A model generated the notes under the pieces. That model worked only from the letters and a program-made list of their open reading frames with translations. It was not told the DNA's origin and searched no databases. Position numbers and translations under genes: made by a program. A stretch of 64,000 nucleotides of DNA from an uncultured virus (IMG/VR IMGVR_UViG_3300028805_000071). Taxonomy: Duplodnaviria; Heunggongvirae; Uroviricota; Caudoviricetes. This document shows positions 61,181 through 64,000 of the stretch, piece after piece. Where the stretch lies: the IMG/VR virus record IMGVR_UViG_3300028805_000071. One strand, 5' to 3'. The stretch's first letter is position 1. Every line of letters begins with the position of its first letter.

Positions 61181-64000
61181 TTACCTGTTTGGTGTTGTAT
61201 ATTCTCCAGCTCTATAACTGCCAGCTAAGAATTGATTAATTACTTCTGTAGTTACATCAGCTGGTAAATAAAGCACATAAGTTAATTGGTCAGCTTTACC
61301 ACCACTATTTTGTGCGCTAATAGGAGTCGTATACGATACATTATTTAAATCAAACAAATCTCCAGCACTTCCAAAAGTGATAGTTTCAAGAGTTGCATTA
61401 TTTAAATAAGTAAATGCGTTTTGGCCAATCTCTTTTAAAGTACTTCCTGGTAAATAAATATTCACATGGTCTCCAGCTAATGCAACACGGAAAGCCTGTG
61501 AGCCAATTCTACGTAATTTCGTATGTGAGAAATCAGTAGATGTTAATGCTCCACATTCCATAAACGCATTTGCATTAATAACTTCTAAGGTTTCTGGCCA
61601 TTCAAAATATTGTAATTTTGTACAACCAGTAAATCCACCTTGACCAATTGTAGTTATTTGATTACCGGGCATAACGAATACGTGAGTTAAACCATTTTGA
61701 CCGCTAAAACCAGATACGGATGTTACAGTAACGCCATTTACTGTATTTGGTAAAGTAATTTTACCTTTTAATCCTTCATATCCAGGAGCGGGCATTAACT
61801 CTCCATTATAAATTGTGAAATACTTTTCATCGGTTGGTTCATCATGTACATCAATTGCAGTAAATATTGGATAAAAACGTCTATCTCTTGAAGCACGTCC
61901 AATAGCTGCATTAGTCCATTCTACTGGCACAGTACTTTCAGGATTTAATCCCCAACCTATAAATTTCCATAAGCCATTAGGACCTAAAGCAGTATCATCA
62001 CGATATGGCATTTTCTTGGTAGGATTATCAACTATATATTCACCTGCTGGAACTAATACTTTATCTATATTAGCGGCGTCGGTGCTATAATTACCATTTT
62101 CATCAACATAGAGATAATAACTCATTACGTATTTATGAATACCAAATACTGCATAGAATGTATAATCATTTACGCCTTCAGTTAATTCAAATGAATTCCA
62201 ATTATTATATTGTTGACTTGGTAATAATGCAGCAGAATTGGCATTATTAGTTGTAACTAATAAGCGACCTTGACTAGCTTCATACCAATTATTAGGTAAT
62301 GCCGCTACAGCACTTGGACTTAATGGCTGTGTACTCCAACCATAGAAATCGTATGAACTTCTTGTATCATATCTATCTAATTCAGCAGATGATAAAATAC
62401 CAGAAGAAGCATCGGTAGGGTCAGGGAATCTTGTTTCACCAGCGCCCAATGTCTTTCTTGCTAATAAATCATATGTGCCGTCATCATTAAGTACGACATA
62501 TTTAGCAGCAGGATGTTGTGTAACATTTGCAAAGAATAATTTTAAGTTTGGATAAGCTGAAGCAAGAGTGGTTTGTATTTCAACCTCATCCATTGGAGAT
62601 TCATTGTTGATAAATATGATACCACTAATAATTGGAATTTCATAATTAGTTTCTGCTGTACTAATGAAATTGGTAGCGTTCTTTAAATTAAGAAGTAACT
62701 GCGCGTCAGTAATTAAATTTTGCTTTGCAGTTAATAAATCTCTATCTAATCGATAAAGTTCGCCATTCTTAATACAAAGATTCCAATTATCATAAGTTGT
62801 ATGAGTGTATTCCTTAAATCCATAGTGGCCATCATCAAGCCAATATTCATGATTTGCAGCTGCGTCAGCATCGTACTCAGTTCCAACATCAATTTGTTTA
62901 TATGGACTCCAATCAACTTCAGTAATTGTTACTTTAGATGAAGGAGAACCACTACGAGCTTGATAATAATTATTTAATAATACATAACTATCATAACCTA
63001 AGCAATCCCCAATCAATGATAATTGTTCAATCTTGCTAGTATAAGTACCACCTTGTGACGGCTCTGTTAAGCCTGGAATATAAAGTCCAGGGGTTACATC
63101 AACTGGAGGTGTTGCACCGTCCTGTCTAGGCACATATTGAGTAACAATATTATTTAATTTAGTTGCTTCAACTAAATTAAGTGTTTTAATTGTTTCGGGC
63201 AGGTATAATGTTTGTAAAGCTACTCCATCTGCAAATGTTATATTAGTAATATTAGAACCAATTGCTCTAAAATCTTCTAATTTCTCACAACTTGCAAAAT
63301 TATAGGTGGGCGCAGTATCATTAAACTTAATATAAGACATATTAACTTTCTTTAATAATGGCATACCACCGTTATCTGTAGCAGAATTACTTGCGTGAAT
63401 ACCATACATATTGATATTATCATTTGCATAATGGTCACTATTTTCATCAAGACCATCATATCCTAATAATAAATCAGTCATTTTAGTTGCGCTACCTTCA
63501 ATATTAAATTCAGTCCAATAGAGTTTACTCATATCTCCTAAACTCTTCATTTGGTCTAAACCATATACATAGTAGAGTTGTTCATGGTAACCGCCACTAG
63601 TACGAACACCATTCTCAAGGTCTGGTGTTTCAAATTTAACCGGCCCTTCAATATTGGTATATTTTAATGATGGGAAGTTAGCTGTATCAGTACCAACAGT
63701 TACATAAGAATTTCTTACTGGCTCCATCGTAATCCAATATTCACCATCAAACATATGGGTTTTCTTTGTTTTAGTAGAATCTGTCCAATAAGGAACATTA
63801 GTAATTAATGCTGGTTCTGTATTTTTATTTTCTCCCTCAATCCATTTATCAGAGGTGTTAGATGGACTATTAGCAGCAATACGTCCTCTAATAATATTAG
63901 TACCACCACGTTCATAGTTACCTTGATTCAGCCAAGAATCAATATAATTAAAACGATTAGTTAAGAACTGCTGTCTAGATAAGCTTCTATCACCTTGTAA
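61181..64000 (-). CDS. C-terminal part (at least 939 aa) of a very large virion or surface protein with BspA-type leucine-rich repeats; 5' end lies outside the window
   Basis: Frame open from the window edge to TAA 61181; TTIGQGGFTGCTKL, INANAFMECGAL, IGSQAF, IGQNAF repeats; FYGW...FYAVF repeats. Confidence 0.82.
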   Translation of the reverse strand, partial: LQGDRSLSRQQFLTNRFNYIDSWLNQGNYERGGTNIIRGRIAANSPSNTSDKWIEGENKNTEPALITNVPYWTDSTKTKKTHMFDGEYWITMEPVRNSYVTVGTDTANFPSLKYTNIEGPVKFETPDLENGVRTSGGYHEQLYYVYGLDQMKSLGDMSKLYWTEFNIEGSATKMTDLLLGYDGLDENSDHYANDNINMYGIHASNSATDNGGMPLLKKVNMSYIKFNDTAPTYNFASCEKLEDFRAIGSNITNITFADGVALQTLYLPETIKTLNLVEATKLNNIVTQYVPRQDGATPPVDVTPGLYIPGLTEPSQGGTYTSKIEQLSLIGDCLGYDSYVLLNNYYQARSGSPSSKVTITEVDWSPYKQIDVGTEYDADAAANHEYWLDDGHYGFKEYTHTTYDNWNLCIKNGELYRLDRDLLTAKQNLITDAQLLLNLKNATNFISTAETNYEIPIISGIIFINNESPMDEVEIQTTLASAYPNLKLFFANVTQHPAAKYVVLNDDGTYDLLARKTLGAGETRFPDPTDASSGILSSAELDRYDTRSSYDFYGWSTQPLSPSAVAALPNNWYEASQGRLLVTTNNANSAALLPSQQYNNWNSFELTEGVNDYTFYAVFGIHKYVMSYYLYVDENGNYSTDAANIDKVLVPAGEYIVDNPTKKMPYRDDTALGPNGLWKFIGWGLNPESTVPVEWTNAAIGRASRDRRFYPIFTAIDVHDEPTDEKYFTIYNGELMPAPGYEGLKGKITLPNTVNGVTVTSVSGFSGQNGLTHVFVMPGNQITTIGQGGFTGCTKLQYFEWPETLEVINANAFMECGALTSTDFSHTKLRRIGSQAFRVALAGDHVNIYLPGSTLKEIGQNAFTYLNNATLETITFGSAGDLFDLNNVSYTTPISAQNSGGKADQLTYVLYLPADVTTEVINQFLAGSYRAGEYTTPNR

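Noticed and set aside
1..64000. Mollicute (natively code 4) chromosome or a bacterial chromosome
   Set aside because: Gene content and order are phage-like, two peptidoglycan hydrolases imply a walled host, and core genes avoid TGA. The host identity remains unproven.

Overview
This is a 64-kb segment of a large, AT-rich tailed phage, probably infecting a walled, anaerobic Firmicute (sigmaA-type promoters, GH25 and peptidoglycan-binding lysins, class III RNR). The + strand (1-38.9 kb) holds early, replication and nucleotide-metabolism genes: sigma factor, RNA ligase/kinase/phosphoesterases, RNase H, type II topoisomerase, ClpP, ThyX-like, SSB, Sak4-like ATPase, DnaB, primase, RecJ, RecD-like helicase, DnaE, Gmk, NrdD/NrdG, two FNT channels, dUTPase and RuvC. 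The - strand (39-64 kb) holds tail fibre, baseplate and lysis genes. The main result is that TGA is read as Trp in a subset of genes. The standard-code ORF track fragments at TGAs in conserved Trp positions, paralogues swap TGG and TGA at the same residue, and no gene I called ends in TGA. The recoded TGAs are concentrated in tail, lysis and DNA-processing genes and are absent from core replication genes. The phage encodes a matching tRNA with a UCA anticodon (38967-39061, - strand). Its 25-nt extra arm looks like a second Trp anticodon stem-loop (CCA), i.e. a possible double-anticodon tRNA. Other notable points: a TCT-TAA-A-TCT interruption near the start of dnaE that resembles a ribosomal hop, a formate channel gene between nrdD and nrdG, and a recurring candidate phage promoter motif. 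All calls come from manual reading; no database searches were run.
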